Positions 30,046-40,544 of a stretch of DNA of 64,000 bases are shown piece by piece (position 1 is the first letter of the stretch; each line of letters begins with the position of its first letter). The notes beneath the pieces are model-generated. The model did no database searches. It worked only from the letters and a program-made list of their open reading frames with translations, and was not told the DNA's origin. Source of the DNA: Trypanosoma brucei (Eukaryota); NCBI GenBank assembly GCA_000002445.1, contig CP000069.1, positions 416,001 to 480,000 on the forward strand, read 5' to 3'. A program made the position numbers and the translations under genes.

Positions 30046-31836
30046 AGGTGCACACGTGGGGATATCACACCTTTGTCTTCCTTTTGAAATAATCAATTAT
30101 GTTTACTGAGAGTAAGAAGAAAAAAAGCAAAGAACAATTAGGATGATACAGTTCGTGAAGAGGGCACAAAGGAACAGAGAATCTTGGAAAAGGAAAAATA
30201 AAATATCAAATGTCAGACGCAAATAATACTCAACTTCACGTCACATTACTTTATTCGGGTTGCGAAACATAAGGATAAAGAGACAACGTGTGTGTTGGTA
30301 TAACAATAATGAAGGACTTCCTCAATTTAATTTTTCTCAACCGATAAGAAAAAAATCAGAAGGACAAGACCAAGCATACACAAGTCCCAATTCCCTCCCT
30401 CCCTCCCTCCCTCCATTTCGTTCATTCACTCGTTGGCGCGCACGTGTATACAGATGCGGACGTTACTGGTGTAACTGCTGCCAAACTTCTTGTCGAGCGA
30501 CGGAGCGCAAAAAGGAGCCAAAGCAAGGAAGCAAAAATAGAAATATAAATAACGAAGGAAGGAAGGAAGGAAGGGAAAAAGCACAAGGCACACTGCAATG
30601 CACCACGAATACACGACCTCAAAAGAAAAGGTAAGAAAAGAAAAGAAAGAGCAACAGAAGAGAGAAAAAAAAAGAGGGGATATTAGACGTAAAGCAGTAT
30701 AAACACCGTGTGGATCATCTCCTTCGTTTCGCTTGAAATGACGAAGAGATGCAACTGACAATTCCAATAGTGACTTTTTGTTCAGGCACTTAATCCACCC
30801 ACCGGCACCGACACTCGCTAAAACGTCTAAGACAGTAATGGACGACTCACATGCAAGCACGTACACTCCTGCACGCAGGCATGTGGTTAAGGGAGGGGGA
30901 GAAACCTGAGATCCCAAAGGCTTACACCGGATGTGAGAAATCATCAAACATGAAACGTAGCTGGAATCAAAAAGAAAAAAGCACATAAATAAGTTAGCCG
31001 CGAAATAAAGCTTGCGAAGCGAACACATGGACTCACACGAATTGGGGGGGGGGGAAGAAGGATAAGAGGTATCCAAGTTGGTTTTCGGGGTTACGAGGTG
31101 ATGAAACGCAAAGACGTACAGCAAACAAGCAAAAGCAGCAGCAGAAGAATACCCCTTATGTGCTTCCCACCATTAATTTCCGCATGTCACTTCTCCACAC
31201 AATGCCACACGCCCATAAATACCTTACAACTTTTAGACGTCTCTCGTCACCGCTGCCATTATTGCTATCGTTCGTTTACTCAGTTTGAGCATCTCTCTGA
31301 ACTGCTTTCAGTTTCTTCATCTTTGCGTTTGGTGAGTTATTGTTGTTATCATTACCTCATTTATTCGATTCAGCTTTTATTATCCCTTGTTTCATTTGTT
31401 CCTCTTCTTTTTCTCGTTGCACCCTCCCCCTTTTTATCGATACTATTTTTCTCCGCATTTTCAACAACTATGGTGCAGCTTTCTCCCTCCCTTCTTCCTC
31501 TTGCCGCCCTCTTTACTGCTAGACACACACATACATATGAACACAAACACGCAAGTACACGTACACATACACACCAAGACGAAAAGATGGACGAGGGCGT
31601 ACAAACAATTGAGTTTATATATTTGATACACGCACAACACACATGTATGTGCATATTATATAAAGATGAGTATATGGAGAACAAATGTTGTTTAATTGAT
31701 GTGCCTAATATTGGAAAAAAATGAGACAAAAAAACTAGGTGAGGCCAGCGCACCCCGACAAGCATGACGACGAGAGAATAACCACAGGGAGAAAATAATC
31801 AACCACACATCAGCAGCGATCTGACTATTCACTGGT

Positions 31837-34062
31837 TTAGTCTATGGTTTTGTATGCCGTAATGGCCTCTCCGTCAACCGTCCGACCTGGTACAAAACAG
31901 AGGTAGTTGTCATGTTGAGCTTCTGACGCACTTCGTTGTGCTTCACCCCAACGCAATGGTGGCTGCAGCTCTGATGCGAGCCAATTCCAACCAAAGGCTC
32001 CATTCACGCGTGGAGTCAACCATTTGGCCGACCGCTTACCGACGACGTCACCCGAGATAACATCACCGTCACCTTCACCTTCACCAACTTCGTCTGTTTC
32101 CTCTTTTTGGCGGTACAACTTGGCCTCCAACACCTTTAACGAGGCCAATGAAGCAATGGTTAATTGAGTCACTCCGCTGCCCTTAGACACATCCATCGCT
32201 CCGGTCCCAGTCACTAACTTGTAGTTATCGACGCCCCGTGCGGCCGTTACCCTCTTGTAATCTAAATCTCTGTTGAGTGCCTTAGATACGTCCAATTCCT
32301 TGCGTTGTGTGCGGAACCGCATGCGAGCAATAATATCCTCGTCAATTGCATCCACGTGGCATCCCTCACTTTCGGTTTGTGCCTTCAATTTTTGGCGCCC
32401 CTCACCAGATGCGGCAGCACGTTTGCTACGTTCCTTTCCATCACTTTTACCGGCAGCCATGCTGGTAGCAGTTCCATCGCGTTTATTTTTATTATCCTTA
32501 ACTTTACTATTGCTGCAACCCTTGCATAAACCGTGTGACACTCCACGGCTACTGCTCGCGATGCTCGGTCGTTTGGTTTCCTCTTTCTCCATCTTCGCCT
32601 TTCCATTTTCTTTTCCTTCCCCCTCCCTTTCTCGTCCCTTCTTCTTCATTTCCTTTTCCTCCTTCGCTGCTTCCCTTTCATTTTCCACTTTTTGTACCGC
32701 CCCCTTTTTGATCTCGGTAGGGCATAACTGGCTTGTTCCACCACTGTCACCAATCTCACTGAACTGACTGGTTTCCTTTTCCGCTCCCGGCACACGCTGC
32801 TCGCTCAGGTTCATTAACGTCAGGTGCGGTAATTCCCCCCGTAGCTCCATTCCACGGCGAACCTCAGGCTTCGAGAGAAAGTTCTTTTGAAGAGACACGT
32901 AATGCAGACTTTTAGGAAGCGGCGGTACCTCGGTGATTCTGTTGTATAGGACACGCAACTTCTGTAAATTGGGGAACAGTGAGGAAACACTGTTGAGCTC
33001 CGTAAGGAAGTTACAAGAGAGATCGAGACTGCGCAATCCGAGGAGTTGAGGCTGCGGCTCCTCAACCGAGTCACAGTCGCTACCGACGTTCTGCCTGGGC
33101 AATATCGTGGTAATTGCATTAAAGCTTACGTCAAGTACCTGTAACGCATGGGGAGACCCCAGGAGTGAGTGGGGTGCAAAAAGCGGATGAAGATTTGTGA
33201 TCCTGTTATGAGATGCTTGCAGTTCACGCAATGATACCATACATTCCACTCCCTCGAGGCCCACCAACTCATTGTAGCTCACATCCAAAAGCACGACACG
33301 TCTAAACGCAGTGAGGCGTAATGGTTTTCCCACAACACCAGCAGCTCCATTTGCTTTTACGCCCTCTTCCCCTCCTCTTGCAACTGGCGTGGGCCTTGTG
33401 AGGAGTGAAATTTTGTTGCGGGACAGTTGCAAAACCTGCACGCATTCCATCGGGTTGACCCGCCCCTTTGCCAGAGAAACAATACCACTGCCGTGACAAG
33501 AATGTTTGCCCGGACCATGCGGACATGGTAATGTTCGTAACCGCTTCTCCGAGAAGTCCAGAAATGTTAAGCACGTCTCCTTCGGCAACCAGACACAAGT
33601 GCCGTTAACTGAGCGCTCTCCGTGCTTTGTTCCATTTCGATCCCGCTGCACACCCGCATGAGTGATGGGACGCGCCATTGCAATATCTGGTTTTACGAAT
33701 TTTTGGCCTTTTTTATTATTAGTGTCGCTATGTTTCATAATAACAACACGCTTTCCGCTTAGGGTTCGGGGCTGTGAATGAGGCCTCTTGAAAGTACTGA
33801 AGTCAACGTGTGAGAATGCGGGGATTCTCGATGACCGCACGGACGTACGAACACTGCAAATTGATGCCCGGGATGAAGGAGGAGCCCTGCTGCAAAAACT
33901 TAAGGCCATGAGGATATGAGATTTGGAGTCACTCGCTGCTTCAGACGCCGTCTGGGATTGCTTTGTGCTGACCCTCTTTGGCTCTTCAGGGGGCGGCTTG
34001 CGAGCACTCAGTTCTTCACTGTACAATGCTGTGGGCACATCAACGGACGCAATACGAGACAT
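31837..34062 (-). CDS. Leucine-rich-repeat protein, 741 aa, with a Lys/Glu-rich charged C-terminal half
   Basis: Consecutive LxxLxLxxNxL repeats (LDVSYNELVGL, LRELQASHNRITNL, LDVSFNAITTI, LDLSCNFLTEL, LRVLYNRITEV). Confidence 0.7.
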   Translation of the reverse strand: MSRIASVDVPTALYSEELSARKPPPEEPKRVSTKQSQTASEAASDSKSHILMALSFCSRAPPSSRASICSVRTSVRSSRIPAFSHVDFSTFKRPHSQPRTLSGKRVVIMKHSDTNNKKGQKFVKPDIAMARPITHAGVQRDRNGTKHGERSVNGTCVWLPKETCLTFLDFSEKRLRTLPCPHGPGKHSCHGSGIVSLAKGRVNPMECVQVLQLSRNKISLLTRPTPVARGGEEGVKANGAAGVVGKPLRLTAFRRVVLLDVSYNELVGLEGVECMVSLRELQASHNRITNLHPLFAPHSLLGSPHALQVLDVSFNAITTILPRQNVGSDCDSVEEPQPQLLGLRSLDLSCNFLTELNSVSSLFPNLQKLRVLYNRITEVPPLPKSLHYVSLQKNFLSKPEVRRGMELRGELPHLTLMNLSEQRVPGAEKETSQFSEIGDSGGTSQLCPTEIKKGAVQKVENEREAAKEEKEMKKKGREREGEGKENGKAKMEKEETKRPSIASSSRGVSHGLCKGCSNSKVKDNKNKRDGTATSMAAGKSDGKERSKRAAASGEGRQKLKAQTESEGCHVDAIDEDIIARMRFRTQRKELDVSKALNRDLDYKRVTAARGVDNYKLVTGTGAMDVSKGSGVTQLTIASLASLKVLEAKLYRQKEETDEVGEGEGDGDVISGDVVGKRSAKWLTPRVNGAFGWNWLASELQPPLRWGEAQRSASEAQHDNYLCFVPGRTVDGEAITAYKTID

Positions 34063-34521
34063 CTTTTATGTTCGGTGTGAAATAATTCCTATCAGTACAG
34101 TAACGCAGCCCACACGCACTCTCTCAATGTGACGTGCTCATGTAAACGAAAACCAAAGCAATTAGGAAAAAAAGAAAGGCAAGAAGATGGAAGAAGGAGC
34201 ACTATTACGCAGTCATTTTCAAAATAACAGAAGATCACGTTTCGAGGGGGGAAAGGTGATGAGCAGCTTCGTGAAGTTCGTGCACTCAAACTTGCAACTA
34301 GCAGCTCCTTTCCCGGAAGTAAACCAGGAAAGAGGTGAAAAAGATTAACAGCTACTGCAACCCGTCAATGCCAGCGCGGAACGGTACGCACAAAGAAATA
34401 ATACCACATTACAGATCCCAATGTTGTGGTTTAGACCCTATGCGACACCACAGTGAAGGTGTTTAACCGATCAAACCCTTCAAGATTAAACAACATACAG
34501 TGCACGTCGATGGCACCAGCG

Positions 34522-35826
34522 TCAATTCTCCAATCCCGCTGCGTTGTTGCCAAACCCTTCCGCCCTCAGCAGACCAAACATGGCATTCAGGGAAGCAGCG
34601 GTGATTGCCGCTTGGGCAGGGAGTGTAACCATGCAGCCACGAAAAGGCACCTCTTCCATTGTTTTGTAGTTGTATGCCCCCGTGCTGAGAAGTGAGAACA
34701 GTGAAAATGAGAGTTGTAACGCGGCCGCAGAAACCAATGAAGCAACGGCGACGGTAGGAGCCCGGTGCAGTACGGTAGGTTCCTGGAGTGACTTGGATAA
34801 AAGTTGTGTGCTTTGCTGTGCCGAAGGTCCGTCCCCATCATCCTGGGTATCCACGCCCGTGTCTTGCTCTGATATTCTCTCTTCATCTCCCACTTCTTGG
34901 GTCTTTGGCCCTTTATCGCTAGAAGTAGTGAGTAGATTCGTCCCTTCCTCCTCCTCTCGCTGGGGTTGGTTAAGTTGGTAACCCCACGGTTCCTGCTCAG
35001 AGACAACGGCTGGAGCAGTGCCGCTACTCGTAAGCCCCTCTCCACCAGCGGCAGCAGGACTTTCTCCTTCGATAACGGCATTTCCCGCCGGTTGTGGGTT
35101 GTCCACAACATCGGGGTTATAATTTGTCACCAGTACATCTGCAGCCCTATTTGGGTAGTCACCACTATAATCATCAGTGCCCAAAAGGGTGTCAGAAAGG
35201 GGATCGAACAACGTCCTCCTCTTATCCCGCCGCACCAAAAGGGCAACCACTCCTTGTCCCGTCATCACAGCCCATGCAATGTGACAAAGCAATAGGAGAA
35301 ATGCCTGCAAAACAGCGTGCTGTAAAAGCGGCATTTGAGGGCAGATGTTGAAGTCGTACAGCGTTGTACCATCGGTGTAAAATTCAAGACGCCGTGTAGC
35401 ATCCAACAGCGTACCAGCACCGCGTAGGGATGAAACCATCCCCATGCCACAACCTACTGCAGCTGAAGTTAGGGCAAACCGCGAGGAACTCTTAGCGATT
35501 AATTGGCCATAGCCGCGGGCAAATCGTTCCAATCGGTAAAGAAATACGAAAAGCATGACCCGAAATAGTATGCTGGTACAAACTTGGATCAGAACGACAA
35601 CATACGAGATTGCATTCGTGTGGTCTTCCGTTCGCACGTTCTGCACGATCGTGTAAAGTATTCCAGTAAGTAAAAGTGAAACGTAAGCAGAAACGGCGCC
35701 AAAGAGGGTAATAATGAGGAGCTGAGGATATGCCCTTAGGGAAACTGCTGTTAATAAACACAGTGGCGAATAAAGAAGTAAAAAGCAGCCAACAATGCCA
35801 ATAAAGTGCATGGTTTGCAGAGTCAA
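34522..35826 (-). CDS. Polytopic membrane protein with possible APH-1 (gamma-secretase subunit) homology in its N-terminal ~230 aa. It also carries a long acidic C-terminal tail (434 aa total)
   Basis: Seven predicted hydrophobic helices. Small-residue G-x-G-x-G helix motif (AAVGCGMGMVSS). Paired His helices (LLQHAVLQAF...LLCHIAWAV). Block similarity to human APH1A as I remember it (VLLQEVFRFAYYKLL vs SILFRVMLFVFLYRL). Not verified. Confidence 0.4.
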   Translation of the reverse strand: MTLQTMHFIGIVGCFLLLYSPLCLLTAVSLRAYPQLLIITLFGAVSAYVSLLLTGILYTIVQNVRTEDHTNAISYVVVLIQVCTSILFRVMLFVFLYRLERFARGYGQLIAKSSSRFALTSAAVGCGMGMVSSLRGAGTLLDATRRLEFYTDGTTLYDFNICPQMPLLQHAVLQAFLLLLCHIAWAVMTGQGVVALLVRRDKRRTLFDPLSDTLLGTDDYSGDYPNRAADVLVTNYNPDVVDNPQPAGNAVIEGESPAAAGGEGLTSSGTAPAVVSEQEPWGYQLNQPQREEEEGTNLLTTSSDKGPKTQEVGDEERISEQDTGVDTQDDGDGPSAQQSTQLLSKSLQEPTVLHRAPTVAVASLVSAAALQLSFSLFSLLSTGAYNYKTMEEVPFRGCMVTLPAQAAITAASLNAMFGLLRAEGFGNNAAGLEN

Positions 35827-36527
35827 CTAAAGAAGCAACGCCTTTGGCTACTTTCCCTCGTGCCGCTCCCCTGCAGAACGTTTGCAGCAGCGGTCCACTG
35901 CCCACAGCCTCTTTGATTGCCTTTTCTACTCTTTTGCCCTTGGGAAATTAAAAAAAAACTTGAGGATGAACAAAAGTGAGATAACCGACAGAAATGTTAA
36001 CTAGAGAGAAAACACGGTCATTGGATTGTCAGCAGCGGCACGTATCGGCAAACTACGGGAACTTGCGGTACCTCGTTTAGGAATCTTCGAAAGCAACATT
36101 GCGCCCCGCAAAGAACGCAGAACCCACAAGTGGCGTTGCACGCCGCACAACGGCAAAAAGGAATACTGACTGGGAGGAGGGAGGATAATTTGGTACATAC
36201 GGTGTTCTCGCGTACTGTTATTAGAGACCTGTAAGCCTTTGCCCACTCAATTTTTCCCCCTCCCCTTCTCTCACTTCCATCCAATTCTAAAATAATATGT
36301 ATCTATAAGCAAACGTAGAATCATATACACATTCACACTTTTTGATTATGGGAAATTCTTTGCATCTATTTCAGCTCTATTCAACATGACGATTCTTCGA
36401 AGGGCTCTTTTAAATAAAACAACCGGTGTTTAAGGATGAGGGGGAATAACTGAAACAAAGAAAACAAACGAAAAATAGATAATGAGTAGCAGAACTCGGT
36501 CCACTGAATGATGGTAGAAGCGTTGCC

Positions 36528-39500
36528 TCATGCACCCTCCTCCTCCGACGACGAATCATCGAAACTAGTAAACTGCTTTACTGCAGGTGGCTTCTGTTTT
36601 TGAGCTTCTTTAGATTTTGTGGAGGAGTCACTGCTGGCAGTCGATACACCATGCCGCGGTACAGTGAAACTGATATCCTCACCAGGATCTTCAATCGGTT
36701 GAAATGTTCCTCTCCTTCCGATGTGGCTTCCAACTATGCTCCCCAGTCCCTCATCGGTGCCAGTTTCAGGGGGCACATTAGATGCCCTCCCTGTAGTGAC
36801 AACACTCAAATCGCTCTTTAGGCCATCACCTTCTGCTTTTTTACCCTCGGCCGTTTTCACCTCCTTCGTTTCCTCTTCCTTCTCATCAACCTTTGGAGCT
36901 TCCGTCCGTGTCGGCTCTGACATCGGTGCAGTGGGATGATCCTCTGAATCGTCGTCCCAGTCGTCGTACTGGCTGACCGTTACCTTTGTCTTCGGCGCTT
37001 CAGAGTCTCCTTTTTCCTCTTCCTCCCTCGTTGAATCCGCCTTGGAAACTGTGAGAATCGGCCCCATCACGGCTGTGTCCTTCGATGACGATGGTGGCGT
37101 TAGAGTTTTTTCCACAGAGGGTTTCATTCGCGTAATGGAATCGCTACTGCTATTGCTTTCACTAGGTTTGAGTGAGACAGGCAACGCAGTGGCGTCAACG
37201 TTCGCCCTGACCAGCTCATCGCCCCTTCGCTCTTGGGTTCGGTGTTGCTTCTGCTGCGGCTGGCGTGCCTCAGCCGAGGAGGCACTCGAAGACGACTCCC
37301 GTGGTGCAAACATAATGGGACCCCGTTTTTCAATAGGAACGGACATCTCCAATGTGTTAACTGTTGAATCTGAAGACGAACCCTCAACCTTCCTTGCTAC
37401 TGCTGATTGGGTTGGGCGGTCAATAATTGACTTGGTATTCGATGCAGACGGTGGTTTCTTGTCGTCAATACTGCCCTGAACTGTAGAACCAGTTTGAGCC
37501 AAGTTTCCCTCTTTGGCTGTTGATTCAACTTTTGTTGGTAGAGCCGGACTCAAGAGCCTTTTTCCTTGGGAGATCAGGCTGCTATCTGAGGACTGAGATA
37601 GTCGTGGGGGCTTTTGAGGCTCGGGTGAATCTGCAAGCTGCGATGGATCAGACTCCACCCTCCGCATTGAAGTGCCCGCCAACACGTTCGGAGCTAAACC
37701 AGCGACCAGCGACTCTCCTGCGGTGCTCCTCTTTATTACCGGTGTTGACGCTACGTTTCCTTGTCCTTCACTGGAAGAGGTCATACGGTGCGAGTCAAAA
37801 AGCGCTTTTTCAACACGCGGAACTTGAGAAGGCCACCCATCTCCCTTCTCAGTTGCTCTCACCTCCTTCGTGCACACCGACTGCGAAAGTGTTGTGGTAA
37901 AATGTTGTGTCTCCTTGAGCTCATCGTGCACCTCCCTTAGGGTCTCCCTCATTTCCCCTAGTAAATTTTGCTGGCGTCGGTGTTCGTCTTCCAGGCGTTT
38001 GATCCTCAAGCTACAGTCCTCCTGAGACCCTGCCCACTGTTTGTGCTGCGTAACATCAGCCCCAATGGTGTGAAGTTCTGTTTCGAGTGTTCTCACAGCC
38101 CTGCGAATTGCATTCAGATCCTGTTGCAGCACACAGTCCTTGAAACGCCGCTCAGATGCCTCGTCAATTTCCGTCAGGGTACCATTTAGGGCATCAATCT
38201 TCGCTCTACACGCCTGAAGGTCGCGGGCGAACTGTTGCTGTTGCTGTTGGACCGTCTCTCCAACTTGGGTTACCAGCGAGCTTGTGGACTGCCCTTTGTC
38301 TTCCAGCCGATCTAACCGGGAGCTTGCCTCATTTGCACGCGCTTCCAATTTATCTGTACGCTCCGCCATATTCGTCTCCACGCGCCGCATATGTTGGTTA
38401 AACTTTACTTCCAGCCGGCCTGCCATTTGTTCTGCTGCTATCTCGGCTTCATTTGTTGCAATTGCCGTCGCTTCCAGCTCACGGCGCGATTCCCTCTGTT
38501 CTTGCCACAAACGTTGATGTTGCTGAAGCTGCGCGGACAGCGTTTGGGTGTCCTTTGCATTGTCGTCAGCGGTGCTGCGCAGATTGGTGAGATCCGCGAC
38601 CAGCCGGGTTGACTGCACTTCAAGCTGTGCCACACGACGCTCCATGCGCTCCACTTCGCCTCGAGATGTCGAACTGCTCGTTTCGCACCTCAGTGCTGCG
38701 TCGTTCGCGGCTTCCACCCTCGTGGACAACGCTTGCGAGCTGACGTTCATGTCACGGCGAAGTTGCTCAAGCCGCTCATTAAGGGAGCGCACAGTACCCT
38801 CAATGTTCAGTGCGTGTTGCTGGTTTTGCATTATGGCATTCTCCCCGCGACTGGCCTCAGCAGCCAATGTCTCACGGGCTTCCTCCAACACAACGATCCG
38901 GTGTTGCAGCTGCGGTATGCGATTATCTGTGATGCTTTCCAGTGACGTTCGTAGGTGCTGCTGCTGTTTCTCATAAACACTTACTCTATCCATCAGGGCA
39001 TCGAGTTGCCGCTTTTCGTTTTGTTGTTCCTGGACGTCGCGTTCGTAAACGTGCCGTAAGGCGTCAACGCCACTCTCTGCTCTCTGCGCGGTGCGGCGTA
39101 CACCCTCCAAGTCCGCCCTCAGTTTTTCGGCCGTCGAAACGGCAGCCAGATGAGATTCCAGTTGAGCCACCCGCGCATCACGATCCTCGATGGCGTCCTC
39201 TGCACGTTGCGCAGTTGCCATCGCGCGCTGCGAAACAACTACCGCCCTCTCCGCCACATCGCGCACCACTGCAATGGTCGCATCAGCGCGGCTTGCGGCC
39301 TCTTGTGCGCCGTCAGCCTTGCGCTCTGCCCTGTCTATACGAGACAACATTACCGCCGCACTCGCCTCAGCAGCTGAAACACGTTCCTGAAGTGTTGTCG
39401 TTTGAAGCCGTAGCTCTGCTCGGCACGTTGTTGTGCAGTCATGCACTTTGGCGCTCAAATCAGTCATGCCCTCAGTATGCTGTGCCATCTGTTTAACTAA

Positions 39501-40349
39501 TGTGTCTATCGGCGCCTGTAGCTCTCGACGCGTTGTGGCAAGGTGAGACTTCCATGTTTTGTCAACAAGTTCCTGCACGTGCGTGCCAAACGCTTCCACA
39601 TCAGACTTTAACTGCTGCTTCAGCTGCTGTCGTTCCCGTTGCTCCTCCGCTCGCATATCGATGTACCGCATAAGTTCCGCATCAAGCCGCTGGGCAATGG
39701 CGCTATTCTCACGTTCTTGGTGTTGTACACACTCCACACGAAGCAAGGCGCACTCAGACACCGCTGACTCCAGTCGTTCGCGCATCGCATCTACCTGCTC
39801 TCGCAGTTGTTCCTGCATGTCAAATTGGGTGCGGTCTCGCACTTTACTGTCACGAAGCAAATCCTCCACACGATGCTGTAGCAAAGATCGTGCTGTTTCC
39901 TCATCTTTCCGCTGCTGTTGAATGGCGACAGAGAGCTCATCTATCGCCCGACGTGATTGATGTTCAGATGTGCGCACCTCAACTAGCACCTCCTCCTTCC
40001 AGCGGCGACCCAGAGCTGTCAGTGTAGAAGAGCGGGAATCGCGCTCAGCGGCTAATTCACTGCGCAGACCGGCTACCTCACTCATCACAACACGCAGTTG
40101 CCGCTGGAGTTCCGCGATATACGCTGCTGAATCACCGCACTTTTCCCCATCATTGTCTGTGCGCCATGCCGCTTCAAAAGGAAAGTTCGAATTCCCCCTC
40201 ATGTCTCCCGTCGCACTGCTGCTAGTCCTGAATTTCAGGTCCCGATCCGCCCATTCGCATGAACCTGCCGTCGACCTTCGATAATAAAGGGCATCTTCTG
40301 TTGCCCGTAGTAGTTTAGCCGCTTCGCGCCCGAAATCAGTCATATGCAC
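36528..40349 (-). CDS. Large coiled-coil protein (1273 aa) with a Ser/Thr/Glu-rich, acidic low-complexity C-terminal third
   Basis: About 800 aa of heptad-like E/Q/R/L-rich sequence, followed by a disordered region rich in SSS/EEE/DD. Confidence 0.7.
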   Translation of the reverse strand: MHMTDFGREAAKLLRATEDALYYRRSTAGSCEWADRDLKFRTSSSATGDMRGNSNFPFEAAWRTDNDGEKCGDSAAYIAELQRQLRVVMSEVAGLRSELAAERDSRSSTLTALGRRWKEEVLVEVRTSEHQSRRAIDELSVAIQQQRKDEETARSLLQHRVEDLLRDSKVRDRTQFDMQEQLREQVDAMRERLESAVSECALLRVECVQHQERENSAIAQRLDAELMRYIDMRAEEQRERQQLKQQLKSDVEAFGTHVQELVDKTWKSHLATTRRELQAPIDTLVKQMAQHTEGMTDLSAKVHDCTTTCRAELRLQTTTLQERVSAAEASAAVMLSRIDRAERKADGAQEAASRADATIAVVRDVAERAVVVSQRAMATAQRAEDAIEDRDARVAQLESHLAAVSTAEKLRADLEGVRRTAQRAESGVDALRHVYERDVQEQQNEKRQLDALMDRVSVYEKQQQHLRTSLESITDNRIPQLQHRIVVLEEARETLAAEASRGENAIMQNQQHALNIEGTVRSLNERLEQLRRDMNVSSQALSTRVEAANDAALRCETSSSTSRGEVERMERRVAQLEVQSTRLVADLTNLRSTADDNAKDTQTLSAQLQQHQRLWQEQRESRRELEATAIATNEAEIAAEQMAGRLEVKFNQHMRRVETNMAERTDKLEARANEASSRLDRLEDKGQSTSSLVTQVGETVQQQQQQFARDLQACRAKIDALNGTLTEIDEASERRFKDCVLQQDLNAIRRAVRTLETELHTIGADVTQHKQWAGSQEDCSLRIKRLEDEHRRQQNLLGEMRETLREVHDELKETQHFTTTLSQSVCTKEVRATEKGDGWPSQVPRVEKALFDSHRMTSSSEGQGNVASTPVIKRSTAGESLVAGLAPNVLAGTSMRRVESDPSQLADSPEPQKPPRLSQSSDSSLISQGKRLLSPALPTKVESTAKEGNLAQTGSTVQGSIDDKKPPSASNTKSIIDRPTQSAVARKVEGSSSDSTVNTLEMSVPIEKRGPIMFAPRESSSSASSAEARQPQQKQHRTQERRGDELVRANVDATALPVSLKPSESNSSSDSITRMKPSVEKTLTPPSSSKDTAVMGPILTVSKADSTREEEEKGDSEAPKTKVTVSQYDDWDDDSEDHPTAPMSEPTRTEAPKVDEKEEETKEVKTAEGKKAEGDGLKSDLSVVTTGRASNVPPETGTDEGLGSIVGSHIGRRGTFQPIEDPGEDISFTVPRHGVSTASSDSSTKSKEAQKQKPPAVKQFTSFDDSSSEEEGA

Positions 40350-40509
40350 GGGGCTACAGCTCTCCCTCTTTTTCTTTCCTCAATTTATCCGGCACAACGT
40401 AGTATTATGTATGATCCCCTTTTTCTTTTTTTTTTTGCAGTCCCGGTCAAGGCTTTGCAAGCAAATTATGTGACCCTTCCTTCACGAAACAAAATCAGAT
40501 CCAACGAGC

Positions 40510-40544
40510 CTCTCTCTCTCTCTTTTTAATAATAATAATAATAA
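40510..40544. repeat. (CT)n followed by (AAT)6. Also (CAA)6 at 41144..41163 and (TA)n at 41697..41713 in the same 2-kb intergenic region
   Basis: Read directly from the sequence. Confidence 0.9.

Noticed and set aside
30426-31124. 232-aa minus-strand ORF and 208-aa plus-strand ORF (31098..31724) in the long spacer
   Set aside because: The translations are Phe/Leu/Ser/Cys-rich low-complexity strings derived from pyrimidine tracts and microsatellites. They are most likely UTR sequence, not coding.
34587-35111. 174-aa minus-strand ORF
   Set aside because: It is an alternative frame of the acidic tail of the membrane-protein CDS 34522..35826. The longer in-frame ORF with TM helices is preferred.
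38942-39496. 184-aa plus-strand ORF (and several 70-140 aa ones) inside the coiled-coil gene region
   Set aside because: Antisense to a 1273-aa minus-strand CDS. GC/Ala/Arg-rich frames commonly stay open opposite coiled-coil genes. No independent support.
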